From assembly GCA_048881705.1 (NCBI GenBank), contig JBHLSH010000011.1, forward strand, positions 1-64,000: a stretch of DNA of 64,000 nt, written 5' to 3'. Every line of letters begins with the position of its first letter. The first letter of the stretch is position 1. The DNA is from Candidatus Heimdallarchaeota archaeon (lineage in GTDB: Archaea; Asgardarchaeota; Heimdallarchaeia; Hodarchaeales; Hodarchaeaceae). A program made the position numbers and the translations under genes. The notes under the pieces are model-generated. The model saw only the letters and a list, made by a program, of their open reading frames with translations, was not told the DNA's origin and searched no databases. Positions 17,298-27,463 of this stretch are shown piece after piece.

Positions 17298-18572
17298 TTG
17301 AAAATTAAAAACATATATGCTCGTGAGATTTTCGATTCACGGGGCAATCCCACTATCGAGGCTGAGTGTCACCTGGAAAATGGTACCTTTACTCGGAGTA
17401 TGGTGCCATCTGGCGCTTCTACTGGGATTCATGAAGCTCTAGAACTACGGGATAGCGGTTCTCGCTTGATGGGAAAATCTGTGTTACAGGCGGTTGCGAA
17501 TGTGAATCAATTAATTTCGCCAGCTCTTGTTGGAAAAGATCCCGTAGATCAAAAAGAAATCGATCGCCTTATGATTGAGCTTGATGGATCTAAGAACAAA
17601 TCAAAATTGGGGGCGAACGCGATTCTCGGCGTTTCTATGGCGGTGAGTAAAGCTGGAGCAAAATCTCTTGATATTCCATTGTATCAGCATTTAGGTTCCC
17701 TCTGTGGAAAAACCGATTTTGTTCTGCCTGTTCCAAGCCTTAATGTGATCAATGGGGGAAAGCATGGTGGGAATGAAATTGCTTTTCAAGAGTTCATGAT
17801 CATGCCTGTGGGAGCTAAGTCCTTCAAAGAAGCTATGATACTAGGGGTAGAAGTCTATCATTCTCTGAAAGACATCATAAAAAAGAAGCATGGAATCACG
17901 GCAATAAATGTTGGAGACGAAGGGGGCTTTGCTCCTCCTCTTAACAAGATTGAAGAGCCTTTAAAGCTGATTATGGAAGCCATAGACGAAGCAGGACATA
18001 CCGAACTAATTAAAATTGCTCTAGATCCTGCAGCTTCTGAATTCTATGATACGGGAAAATATATAGTGGATGGGACTCCTTTAAGTTCCGATGAATTCAT
18101 TCATCTTTACGAGGCACTACTTGAGGAATACCCGATAATTTCGATTGAGGATGCTTTTGATCAAGATGATTGGGAAACATTCACTGAATTTACAAAGCGT
18201 AATGGTAGTAAACTACAAATTGTTGGTGATGACCTTCTTGTTACGAACGTAGAACGGATTCAAAAGGCCATCAAGAAGAAAGCATGTAACGCATTGCTAT
18301 TAAAGGTGAACCAAATAGGTTCGGTCACTGAAAGCGTTAATGCTGCCACATTAAGCCAAAAAAACCAGTGGGGAGTGATGGTATCACATCGTAGCGGCGA
18401 AACCGAGGATCCATTCATTGCTGACCTAGTTGTCGGCTTAAAAACAGGTCAAATCAAAACAGGCGCACCTTGTCGTTCTGAACGGCTGGCCAAGTATAAC
18501 CAACTAATCCGGATTGAAGATCGACTCGGAACGGCCGCTCAATATGCTGGCCTCGATTTTAGGCAAGTCTGA
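17298..18572 (+). CDS. eno: Enolase
   Basis: [83 protein letters not shown] start after GAGG. Confidence 0.99.
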   Translation: MKIKNIYAREIFDSRGNPTIEAECHLENGTFTRSMVPSGASTGIHEALELRDSGSRLMGKSVLQAVANVNQLISPALVGKDPVDQKEIDRLMIELDGSKNKSKLGANAILGVSMAVSKAGAKSLDIPLYQHLGSLCGKTDFVLPVPSLNVINGGKHGGNEIAFQEFMIMPVGAKSFKEAMILGVEVYHSLKDIIKKKHGITAINVGDEGGFAPPLNKIEEPLKLIMEAIDEAGHTELIKIALDPAASEFYDTGKYIVDGTPLSSDEFIHLYEALLEEYPIISIEDAFDQDDWETFTEFTKRNGSKLQIVGDDLLVTNVERIQKAIKKKACNALLLKVNQIGSVTESVNAATLSQKNQWGVMVSHRSGETEDPFIADLVVGLKTGQIKTGAPCRSERLAKYNQLIRIEDRLGTAAQYAGLDFRQV

Positions 18573-18795
18573 TATGCAGTGAAATTAGGAGGATGGTAAT
18601 CATTACAACCTCCCCACCCATGTTATCGATACAGTTTTGAAGTTTTTATTCTGACTTCCCAAAAAGCAAATCTCGCCGAAAAGGGTGTATAAAGAAGGAA
18701 AAACAGCTAGATATCTAACAAATAATCTCATCTCCCTAAATTTTTCCGCATAATTATGTCTTTTGGACAGTTTGATATATGGGGTAATCAGAACA

Positions 18796-21234
18796 ATGTC
18801 AAAAGAAGATAGATTTATCCTTTGGTTTCACGAAATTGAAAATAAAGATCTTCCACTTGTTGGAGGGAAAAATGCTTCCCTAGGAGAAATGTATAATCAA
18901 CTTAATCGTTTTGGGATAATGGTTCCCAATGGGTTTGCCATCACCTCAGCCGCCTATCGGCATTTTATTCGAATTACTGGCATCGAGGAGAAAATTCGCG
19001 CGACCATTCAGGGACTTGATACTCATAACATTAATGATCTCCAGACCCGCGGGAGACGAGTTCGGGAAATCATCAGATATGCCCAATTCCCTGCTGATCT
19101 AGAGCAAAAGATTCGAGAAGCGTACCGTTCTTTATGCATGGAACATCAGAAAGTAGATATCGACGTAGCTGTCCGATCAAGTGCTACAGCCGAAGATCTG
19201 CCTGATGCAAGTTTCGCGGGCCAACAGGACACATATTTGAACGTTCAAGGCGAAGATTCGTTATTAGCAGCATGTAAGGCCTGTTTTGCCAGCCTTTTTA
19301 CTGATCGTGCAATAAGTTACCGTGAAGATCGCGGATTTGGCCATCTGGATGTCTATCTCTCGATCGGAATACAAATTATGGTACGATCGGATGTTGGCTC
19401 ATCTGGTGTAACTTTTACAATCGATACAGAGTCAGGCTTTCGAGATGTCGTTTTCATTACGGGTTCATATGGGCTAGGAGAACCCGTCGTACAAGGTGCG
19501 GTCAACCCTGATGAATTCTATGTATTTAAACCGACTCTTAAGGAAGGCAAGAAACCAATCATTGGAAAAAAACTGGGTACAAAAGAGCAAATGATGATCT
19601 ATTCTCCTAATCCGCAACGGCCAACGAAACTAGTCGATACAACAGAATCAATGAGGAATAGCTATTGCCTAAGTGACGACGAAATATTACAGCTGGCTAG
19701 ATGGGCCATGGTAATCGAGGATCATTATAAAAAGCCAATGGACATTGAATGGGCAAAAGACGGAGACGGCCTGTTTTCGGGATCTGGTGACCTCTTCATA
19801 GTTCAGGCGCGTCCTGAAACAATACATTCCCAAAAAAAAGGAAATATTTTAGAGACCTATGTGCTGGAAGAGTATGGGGAAGTCTTGGCCACGGGACAAG
19901 CTGTGGGGTCAAAGATTGGCCAGGGGAATGTGAATGTCATAGAGACCTCCTCGCGAATCTCAGAATTCAAATCTGGAGAAGTCTTGGTTACATCTATGAC
20001 CGACCCAGATTGGGAACCGATCATGAAAATAGCCTCGGCAATTGTTACCGATCGTGGAGGGAGGACCTGCCATGCAGCCATCGTTTCTCGTGAGCTGGGA
20101 ATTCCCGCGGTCATTGGCACAGAGACAGCATCCCGAATTTTACAGGATGGTCAGCAAATAACTGTTAGTTGTGCTGAAGGTCAAGAGGGCCGTGTTTACA
20201 AAGGTTCTTTGCCATTTCGTATTGATACGGTTCAATTAGATGTAATTCCTAAGACCAGAACTAAAATAATGATGAATGTTGGAATACCTGAGAAAGCTTT
20301 TGTACAGGCCCAAATACCAAATGATGGCGTTGGTCTTGCACGTGAGGAATTCATCATAAATTCGTATATCGGAATCCATCCATTGGCACTTGTCCACTAT
20401 GACGAACTTAAGGAAAAAGCAGGGTCAGATCCGGAGATCAGGGCCGTTCTACAGAAGATCGAAAATCATACAATTTCTTATGGGAATAAAACTGAGTTTT
20501 TCGTGGACAAGTTATCTATGGGAATTGGGAGGATAGCTGCTGCTTTTTGGCCAAATGACGTCGTGGTTAGGCTTTCGGATTTTAAATCAAATGAATATGC
20601 CAACCTGATCGGGGGATCGCTTTATGAACCTATAGAATCCAATCCTATGATTGGTTGGCGTGGGGCATCCCGTTATTACGACAGTACATACAAGTCCGCA
20701 TTTGTCTTGGAGTGTAAAGCCTTGAAACGGGTACGTGACGTGATGGGGCTTACTAATGTCATTGTAATGGTGCCATTTTGTCGTACCGTAGAGGAAGGAA
20801 GGAAAGTAGTTGAAGTGATGGCCGAGGTTGGTTTGAAACAAGGGGAAAACGGTCTCCAAATTTACGTTATGGCCGAGATACCTTCAAACGTTATTCAAGC
20901 AGACGGATTTGCGGAAGTATTTGACGGATTTTCAATCGGATCAAATGATCTAACTCAGCTAGCTCTGGGATTGGATCGGGATTCCGAGCTAATTTCACAT
21001 ATTTATGATGAACGTAACGAATCAGTAAAACGGCTGGTAAAGGCGGTTATTGAAACCGCAAAAAAATACGACCGAAAGATTGGAATATGTGGACAGGCAC
21101 CTTCAGATTTTCCAGAGTTTGCAGAGTTTCTGGTGGAATGTGGTATCGACTCCATGAGCCTGAATCCCGACACGGTTGTTAAAACACGCATTGAAGTAGC
21201 TAAAAAAGAGAGGAGTTTGGGAATCTCGCCTTAA
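18796..21234 (+). CDS. ppsA: Phosphoenolpyruvate synthase (pyruvate, water dikinase)
   Basis: VGGKNASLGEM, AVRSSATAEDLPDASFAGQQ, QARPET, GGRTCHAAIVSRELG (phospho-His), EIPSN, FSIGSNDLTQL, GICGQAPSD. Confidence 0.99.
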   Translation: MSKEDRFILWFHEIENKDLPLVGGKNASLGEMYNQLNRFGIMVPNGFAITSAAYRHFIRITGIEEKIRATIQGLDTHNINDLQTRGRRVREIIRYAQFPADLEQKIREAYRSLCMEHQKVDIDVAVRSSATAEDLPDASFAGQQDTYLNVQGEDSLLAACKACFASLFTDRAISYREDRGFGHLDVYLSIGIQIMVRSDVGSSGVTFTIDTESGFRDVVFITGSYGLGEPVVQGAVNPDEFYVFKPTLKEGKKPIIGKKLGTKEQMMIYSPNPQRPTKLVDTTESMRNSYCLSDDEILQLARWAMVIEDHYKKPMDIEWAKDGDGLFSGSGDLFIVQARPETIHSQKKGNILETYVLEEYGEVLATGQAVGSKIGQGNVNVIETSSRISEFKSGEVLVTSMTDPDWEPIMKIASAIVTDRGGRTCHAAIVSRELGIPAVIGTETASRILQDGQQITVSCAEGQEGRVYKGSLPFRIDTVQLDVIPKTRTKIMMNVGIPEKAFVQAQIPNDGVGLAREEFIINSYIGIHPLALVHYDELKEKAGSDPEIRAVLQKIENHTISYGNKTEFFVDKLSMGIGRIAAAFWPNDVVVRLSDFKSNEYANLIGGSLYEPIESNPMIGWRGASRYYDSTYKSAFVLECKALKRVRDVMGLTNVIVMVPFCRTVEEGRKVVEVMAEVGLKQGENGLQIYVMAEIPSNVIQADGFAEVFDGFSIGSNDLTQLALGLDRDSELISHIYDERNESVKRLVKAVIETAKKYDRKIGICGQAPSDFPEFAEFLVECGIDSMSLNPDTVVKTRIEVAKKERSLGISP

Positions 21235-22286
21235 ATTCCGTTCAAGACAACAACTGGATTGAAAAGAGGCATTATCAGTTTTTGATTAGTTTCTTCAAAT
21301 TTTGTTAAAATTCGAGTGAAACCTTTCCAGTTTTTTATCTGTGAGGAAATATAATTGAGGTATTGCACCCGATCTTCATATAAGCCAAGTGTTAGATAAG
21401 TATGACCCAAGGGACTTGGAAGAAAGATGGTGGCGTCCCCCTCAGCAGTTCTTAGGCTGTTTGAGTCTGGGTGCGACATAGTTGGATCATATTCCTTTAG
21501 TAGAAAAACGAGGCGGTTTAAAGCCAGATAAAGTTCCCCGTAACATATCCGATATGCATGCCAAAGAACTGGATTATAAGAACTTGATAGAGCATATTGG
21601 TAAATGAACTCGATCGATTTCACTGGATATGGCGGATCCCGTTTTGGCCGACTTGAAATCAATCCAGCGGCTCTTTTAAGTGGCCCCGTTAAACCCGTTT
21701 GTAATACATCTTCTTGAGAAAGTATTGGAATGGATTTTAGGCTACTAACAAGCCTTGGATCGGACTCAATCATCTTAGCGATCTTATTCGCCACATGAAT
21801 CTGAGACGAAAGGATGGTTACCCCTTTAGAAATGTTTCGTATCTCAAACGGCTTGCATATCATGCCGGGTCTTACAAGTTCCTGAAATCCACCACCCCAT
21901 AGTAAATTCGTCAATTCCTCAATGGAGGAAATACCACTCGCTGCAAAGGTGGCCCCTTGTGAATGGTTAAGGTTAGCAAACAGTGATTCAAAAAGAGAAT
22001 AGAGCACTTTTGCTCTTTCAAAACACGCGAGAAATGCGCGATGAAATAAAACGGATTTGGGGATTAGAATACCCCTAATCTGCTCTACAGCCTCGGAAAG
22101 TAAAAGTTGCAGGGTAACTGGAATAGCTGGATCCATTTCTTCAAATATCGAAAATGCTTTGGATAAGGGTTTGCTAATTAGATCATTAAATTGAGTATTT
22201 CTTTTCTGAAATAAATCAGGCAACTTCAAGGGAGCACGGCCTTCTTTCTCGGTGCGTTCCCAGGTATCATCATCATTTGAAGACAT
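21231..22286 (-). CDS. Degenerate NuoD / group-4 [NiFe]-hydrogenase large-subunit-like protein lacking Ni-binding cysteine motifs
   Basis: SEAVEQIRGILIP...HRAFLACFER, VRPGM, GLTGPLKRAAGL, PY, PSPLGH follow the order of the AVE..GI.vP..R...ER, rPGG, G.tGP..RasG, EsPrGE landmarks of the family. Confidence 0.65.
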   Translation of the reverse strand: MSSNDDDTWERTEKEGRAPLKLPDLFQKRNTQFNDLISKPLSKAFSIFEEMDPAIPVTLQLLLSEAVEQIRGILIPKSVLFHRAFLACFERAKVLYSLFESLFANLNHSQGATFAASGISSIEELTNLLWGGGFQELVRPGMICKPFEIRNISKGVTILSSQIHVANKIAKMIESDPRLVSSLKSIPILSQEDVLQTGLTGPLKRAAGLISSRPKRDPPYPVKSIEFIYQYALSSSYNPVLWHAYRICYGELYLALNRLVFLLKEYDPTMSHPDSNSLRTAEGDATIFLPSPLGHTYLTLGLYEDRVQYLNYISSQIKNWKGFTRILTKFEETNQKLIMPLFNPVVVLNGI

Positions 22287-22298
22287 AGCTTACACATC

Positions 22299-23171
22299 TT
22301 AAAGGAAAAGGAGTATGGCTCCGATTACAATGAATCCAGCTGCTACCCAACGTTGATTGATCTCTTCGTTCATGAATCGGGACGCAATTATCATGGCAAT
22401 GAAAATATTAAGAGTACTTGCAGGCTCCGCCAATGCTATCTCAATCCCTTCTGATACTGCAAGGATAAGGCAAAGATAGGACAGTCCGTTCACAGCTCCT
22501 GAGGCGATGGCTATTTTAGGAGCATCTAAGAAAACCTTAACACAAATTGAAAGTCTTCGACTTACTAGTAGGACCAAAAACAAATCTATAGTAACAATCG
22601 CGTAAATGTAGAAAGAATAAACAAATGAATTTACCTGTAAACTTGCAACAGTGAAAGCATCAATTACTCTTCCCAATGCCATTAGGACTGATGCAGATAT
22701 CATGTATTGGGCCCCTCTATTTGTAAGAACACTTCTAACTGAATTCAGCATGGTTGTACTCTTTTCCAGATAGGAAAGGCCTACGAACATACATAAAATG
22801 CCGATGATTGAAAAAACAGAAAATTCTGACCCTAGGAACACAGTAGAAAGTATCAGAAGAAATAGAATATTGAAATTGTAAAGCGGAGCTACAAGACTGA
22901 CCGCTTCTTGTCGTAAGGAGCTCGCATAGAGAACGAAAGCTCCTGAATAAAAGATGCACGCCAAGAATGCGTTTAATATGGCTGGTGATAAGGTTAAGAC
23001 AGGAAATCCTAGTATAAATAGTATTAATGCGCCGATGCCAAAAAAAATAGTAGTGACGGCTATTGATTGGTCTGTTTCGCTTTTTTCTCCAAAAATTTTG
23101 AGAATTACACGTTCGAATCCCAGGAGTACAATTCTAATCCCTAGGAACGCTCCCGCGAGAAGGATCGACAT
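22299..23171 (-). CDS. EamA/DMT family transporter
   Basis: About ten TM helices in two repeats; SLVAPLYNFNILF and ALAEPASTLNIF at matching positions. Confidence 0.85.
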   Translation of the reverse strand: MSILLAGAFLGIRIVLLGFERVILKIFGEKSETDQSIAVTTIFFGIGALILFILGFPVLTLSPAILNAFLACIFYSGAFVLYASSLRQEAVSLVAPLYNFNILFLLILSTVFLGSEFSVFSIIGILCMFVGLSYLEKSTTMLNSVRSVLTNRGAQYMISASVLMALGRVIDAFTVASLQVNSFVYSFYIYAIVTIDLFLVLLVSRRLSICVKVFLDAPKIAIASGAVNGLSYLCLILAVSEGIEIALAEPASTLNIFIAMIIASRFMNEEINQRWVAAGFIVIGAILLFL

Positions 23172-23386
23172 TTATTCAGAGCGGGTGATAGGTATTGAAA
23201 TGATTTTTGGACGTGGTTTTTTTTTGTGAGCACGTTTGATGCTCTAGAATAAACTTCAACAGGCGTTTGATAGGTTGTCTAATTTATTCTTGGAAGGTCC
23301 TCTTGTATTCAAGATATATTAAGGGTCCTCCCTAGCCCTATTCTTGACGGGCTCCGCAATATTTTGGTGAAAAAAAGAAGAATGAA

Positions 23387-24340
23387 CTAAACGCCACATT
23401 TTGCTTTCAGTTCTTCCCATCGCTGATCGATGTCTTCTTGGAAGAAGTTAATTAGATCTTCACGATAATGAGGCTTGAATACATGCTTAAAACGTCCTTG
23501 AGTCTTTAAGTACTCCTCAATAGGCTTCTTACGAGTTGGATCCTTAGCAATACGAAGACTGGCGCGGTCCATAGTATATTCACCGTCAAACACGTGGTAT
23601 AGAGGGTGAATACATGTTTCAACAGCCAATCGAGTAATAGCGATGGACATGGCGGGATCAAAGCGCTGGCCCCGTGTGCAGGATGCATCCACATGCATAA
23701 AAGCAGGCCCTTCAACATCTAGTCCCATACGGACTTTTTGAATCAGGTCTTTTGGTTCAGCAGGTACAGCAGTAGCCACAAACGGAATGCGATGGGCGGC
23801 AATTATATCCATCAGAGGTTTCTTGAACTGGGTCTTACCAGGAATAGCGGATCCTGCAGGAGATGTCGTTGTGCTCGCTGTAAAAGGGGTTCCACCACTA
23901 CGTTGTATGCCAGTATTCATATAAGCCCCGTTATCGTAACAAATGTAAAGAAAGTCATGTCCGCGTTCGAGGGCGCCCGATAGCGATTGTAGACCTATGT
24001 CAAATGTTCCACCGTCACCGCCAAGGACCACGATATCGATGTGCTCGTCTTTGATCATCCCCTTTTTTCGCATGGATTTATAGGCGGCTTCGACTCCACT
24101 AGCAACAGCAGATGCGTTTTCAAATGCAACATGGAGCCAAGGAACCTTCCATGCTGAGAATGGATAAATCGTGCTTGCGACTTCTAAACATCCTGTCGCT
24201 TGGCAGACAACGGTTGGTTTATCGAAAGCCATTGTAACCTGTCTCGCCATACTCCCTGCAGCGCATCCCGCACATAATCTATGACCTCCAGTAAATTTCA
24301 CCTCTTTCTGCGCATATTCTTTGAGCTTCACATTAGGCAC
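23387..24340 (-). CDS. porB: Pyruvate:ferredoxin oxidoreductase beta subunit
   Basis: GHRLCAGC, TGCLEV, FENASAVASG, TPP motif GGDGGTFDIG...YDNGAYMNTGIQRS. GTG start after GGAGG. Confidence 0.96.
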   Translation of the reverse strand: MPNVKLKEYAQKEVKFTGGHRLCAGCAAGSMARQVTMAFDKPTVVCQATGCLEVASTIYPFSAWKVPWLHVAFENASAVASGVEAAYKSMRKKGMIKDEHIDIVVLGGDGGTFDIGLQSLSGALERGHDFLYICYDNGAYMNTGIQRSGGTPFTASTTTSPAGSAIPGKTQFKKPLMDIIAAHRIPFVATAVPAEPKDLIQKVRMGLDVEGPAFMHVDASCTRGQRFDPAMSIAITRLAVETCIHPLYHVFDGEYTMDRASLRIAKDPTRKKPIEEYLKTQGRFKHVFKPHYREDLINFFQEDIDQRWEELKAKCGV

Positions 24341-24343
24341 CTC

Positions 24344-25519
24344 CTATTCCCGGAGCCCCCACCAAAAGTATGGTAGGTTTTTGCCGGCCAAGAACGCTTG
24401 TTTTGAACGGTTGTAAATGGCAACCCATTCTCTCACCAGACAATCTCGCCCACCCAGTCCGTAACAGTATTCGGCAATGGAGGGGGTTAATTTAGCATCA
24501 AACAAACAGGATTTAACATCCTGACCGAGGATTCCACCTGGACTTCCGAAAGAGTGTGCTCGTTCAACGCTGATCACACCTTTTAGATTTTCAGCATATC
24601 TTTGGAATAATTTTCCGAACCAAGGACGGTAGATACGAATTTTTAATAATCCTACCTTTTCCCCTCTCGCTCGGAGCTCATCAACGGCCGTTCTCGCATT
24701 ACCAGCTCCACTACCCATTGTTACAAAAGCATATTCAGCATCGTCCATCTTATAACCTTCAATAGGATTGTATTCACGACCCGTCAATTCCCTCCATTCT
24801 TGGAATGTATCTATGATGATTTGCTTAGCTCTTTGTTGTGCATCACGTACTTGACTACGGGCTTCCATATAGTAATCCTGAAGATGTAATAAACCTATAC
24901 TAACCGGCTTATCAGGATTAAGTCGCAATTTGGATTTTCTGTTTCCACCAAGGAAATTCCAAACCTTTTCTTGAGAAATTGGTTCTATTCCTTCAATGGC
25001 GTGACTCACAATGAATCCATCCAAACCAACTGCAACTGGCAATAGAACTTCAGGATGTTCTCCGATTTTGAATGCAAGGCATGTGTGATCATAAGCTTCT
25101 TGATTTGTTTCTGAAAAGATGCTAATCCAGCCACTGTCACGGAAGAGAAGTTGGTCTGTTTGCTCTCCATGAATGTTTATGGGACCACTGATTGCTCGGT
25201 TTGCGATGGCCATAACAATAGGGGTCCTAGAAGAGGACGCAATTTGGATTATCTCATACATCAACATCAAACCTGCAGATGCAGAAGATGTGAAAACTCT
25301 GCCGCCAGCTGTGCTAGCTCCGATACAAGCAGACATCGCTGAGTGTTCGGATTCAACACAAACATACTCAGTATCAACTTCCCCATTAGCTACGAACTCA
25401 GAGAACTTCTCTACAATGATTGTCTGGGGTGTGATTGGATAAGCAGCTACAACATCAGGATTGGCTAGTTTTGCCGCTAAAGCTACGGCATCATCACCTG
25501 TTACTGCAATGCGGCTCAT
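24344..25519 (-). CDS. porA: Pyruvate:ferredoxin oxidoreductase alpha subunit
   Basis: AAYPITPQT, VESEHSAMSACIGA, ANRAISGPINIHGEQTD, LLKIRIYRPW, YGLGGRD. ATG 25519 overlaps the porD stop. Confidence 0.96.
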   Translation of the reverse strand: MSRIAVTGDDAVALAAKLANPDVVAAYPITPQTIIVEKFSEFVANGEVDTEYVCVESEHSAMSACIGASTAGGRVFTSSASAGLMLMYEIIQIASSSRTPIVMAIANRAISGPINIHGEQTDQLLFRDSGWISIFSETNQEAYDHTCLAFKIGEHPEVLLPVAVGLDGFIVSHAIEGIEPISQEKVWNFLGGNRKSKLRLNPDKPVSIGLLHLQDYYMEARSQVRDAQQRAKQIIIDTFQEWRELTGREYNPIEGYKMDDAEYAFVTMGSGAGNARTAVDELRARGEKVGLLKIRIYRPWFGKLFQRYAENLKGVISVERAHSFGSPGGILGQDVKSCLFDAKLTPSIAEYCYGLGGRDCLVREWVAIYNRSKQAFLAGKNLPYFWWGLRE

Positions 25520-25872
25520 TCGGTATCCTCCATTGCTATAGCGGATTTGCCTTTCCTTCCTGGACATTCATGTGCACAAACACCGCATCCTTTACAATAA
25601 AAAAGGTTAAATCCCGGAAATTCTTTACCGCTCTCATCGGGTACCATTTCAATTGCCGAATCGGGACAGTATAAGAAGCAAAAGTAGCAATTGATGCAGT
25701 TTTCTTTTATTAGTCTAGGGATTTGAGCTGCCCAGTCACCGGTCCGAAAGAATTGAGCTGTTCCAGCCGGCGTGCTTCCGGCCATAGGAAGTTTCTTTGA
25801 TCCCCACTTCTCCTTTACCCATTGTTTGAATTTTTCTTCAGAAATTTCGGTTGGTAAGACATCAGGTGACAT
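25516..25872 (-). CDS. porD: Pyruvate:ferredoxin oxidoreductase delta subunit (2x[4Fe-4S])
   Basis: FRTGDW, CINCYFCFLYCPD, CKGCGVCAHECP. Confidence 0.95.
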   Translation of the reverse strand: MSPDVLPTEISEEKFKQWVKEKWGSKKLPMAGSTPAGTAQFFRTGDWAAQIPRLIKENCINCYFCFLYCPDSAIEMVPDESGKEFPGFNLFYCKGCGVCAHECPGRKGKSAIAMEDTE

Positions 25873-26490
25873 TTAATTAACAACCTCCTGATAAGATCGC
25901 TTTATAGCATTAACATTCTTGTAAGCAATGTCTGCCTTATCTTTAAAACGATGATTTATGGCCTTTTCCAGTGCTTTTAGCGTTATTACTCTTTCACCTG
26001 TTATTCTACACATGGCGCCTAATATAGCTGTATTGGTTACAGTAAGTCCAATTTCCTCCCGAGCAATTCTTGATGCATTCACCGTTGCTAGTCTTGCGTC
26101 GGGCCGCTTCTCACGAACTGTCTTAATTGATTCAGAGAAAGGATCACTTGTATTAATTAGAATAATCCCATTTTCTAGTAAACCTGCAGTGACATCGATC
26201 TGACCTAGTAGAGAAGGATCTTGAACAACAACGATATCTGGTTCATAAATCTCTGACTTAATATAGAATTTTTCATCAGAAATCCGTGCAAAGGCAGCAA
26301 TTGGCGCACCTGATCGTTCCGGGCCAAATGTAGGGAACGCGTGAACATGTTTATCCTCTAATAAGGCAGCTTCAGCGATTAAATAGCTACTGGTCATGAC
26401 CCCTTGGCCTCCTCTCCCGTGTAGTCTGATATCTATAATTTTATCAGTCAAAACAAGTACCTCTTCTAATTTTTTTTCTTGATGATCCAT
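25873..26490 (-). CDS. porC: Pyruvate:ferredoxin oxidoreductase gamma subunit
   Basis: IRLHGRGGQG, FPTFGPERSGAP, PDIVVVQDP, NTAILGA; first gene of a gamma-delta-alpha-beta operon. Confidence 0.95.
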   Translation of the reverse strand: MDHQEKKLEEVLVLTDKIIDIRLHGRGGQGVMTSSYLIAEAALLEDKHVHAFPTFGPERSGAPIAAFARISDEKFYIKSEIYEPDIVVVQDPSLLGQIDVTAGLLENGIILINTSDPFSESIKTVREKRPDARLATVNASRIAREEIGLTVTNTAILGAMCRITGERVITLKALEKAINHRFKDKADIAYKNVNAIKRSYQEVVN

Positions 26491-26825
26491 CTAAAGTATG
26501 AACTAGGCTGATATACATGTGGTAGGTGGGTAATAATATTGTATTGATTAACAATAGTAAAAAAAGCCGAGAAAGAATTCCTACTGACTCTATGGATGTA
26601 TAACTAGATAGAAACAACTTTGATATAAGGATGTAATATTCATCGAGTCGATTGAAGTAATAAAGCGGCAAATCGCCTCCTTTCCGCTTTTTCGGTATTC
26701 TTCCATTTTTCAATTTTACCTTGAATGTCTTGATTATTACAAGTTAGATACGGTTCTTATGATTCAGGAATATATAATAACGATGTCCTTAAGCGATCAA
26801 ATAACGGCCGTATTTTCTGTCAAGG

Positions 26826-27254
26826 ATGTACAAGCCTATGGGCCTTTACGATCAATCTGCTCCGCTTTCACATGGTGACTTGGTGGCAGTCATGGAAGAA
26901 GCATTATCAGGGATGGAACTCCCTGCGTGCATATCTTTAGTTGATACCGACGGTTTGGTTGTATACAGCATTGGAAATTGCCTTGAAACAGTTGTCCTGG
27001 AGAGTTTTAATGCTTACCTCATTATGTCGTTTGAATCCGCTGCAACTAAACTTGGTAGCATGAACGAGATACTAGATTATCAGATTTTAAACACTGGGGA
27101 TAAATCCATCTATGTGGATGATTTACGGGGAAGCGAAGGTCTTTTTATTATTGTACAGACAGGTCCTGCCGTTATGACTAAGATTCTACCCTTTTTGAAA
27201 TCTTTTGTTTCCACAGTTGAATCTGCGTTTGAACGATCTCTTAGAGGGAGATAA
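26826..27254 (+). CDS. Roadblock/LC7 (LAMTOR/MglB-like) domain protein
   Basis: 142 aa with a helix, ISLVDTDGLVVYS hairpin, helix, three strands, helix pattern typical of the Roadblock fold. Confidence 0.65.
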   Translation: MYKPMGLYDQSAPLSHGDLVAVMEEALSGMELPACISLVDTDGLVVYSIGNCLETVVLESFNAYLIMSFESAATKLGSMNEILDYQILNTGDKSIYVDDLRGSEGLFIIVQTGPAVMTKILPFLKSFVSTVESAFERSLRGR

Positions 27255-27463
27255 TGAGTTGGTTATAAGTCACAGTTAATGAATGGTACCATCTTACCTC
27301 CATTACATCCGATACAACCTACACTCTTTTTGGGAGGATGGTGCTCATAGAAATCTTCTTGAGCATGCTTTATTTCACCATATTGTTAGGACCTTTCTAT
27401 CGAAAACGTAATTTATTTTTTCATAAATCGGAATGCTGTTTCTGATATTCAGGATGGTACAGG

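Noticed and set aside
21231-22286. Functional [NiFe] hydrogenase large subunit
   Set aside because: Both Ni-binding CxxC motifs are absent and no small subunit or maturation genes are nearby.
26662-26695. AAAGCGG...CCGCTTT hairpin with a T-run, like a bacterial intrinsic terminator
   Set aside because: It lies in a divergent promoter region with no upstream co-oriented gene to terminate, and the 7-bp stem with a 15-nt loop could be chance.
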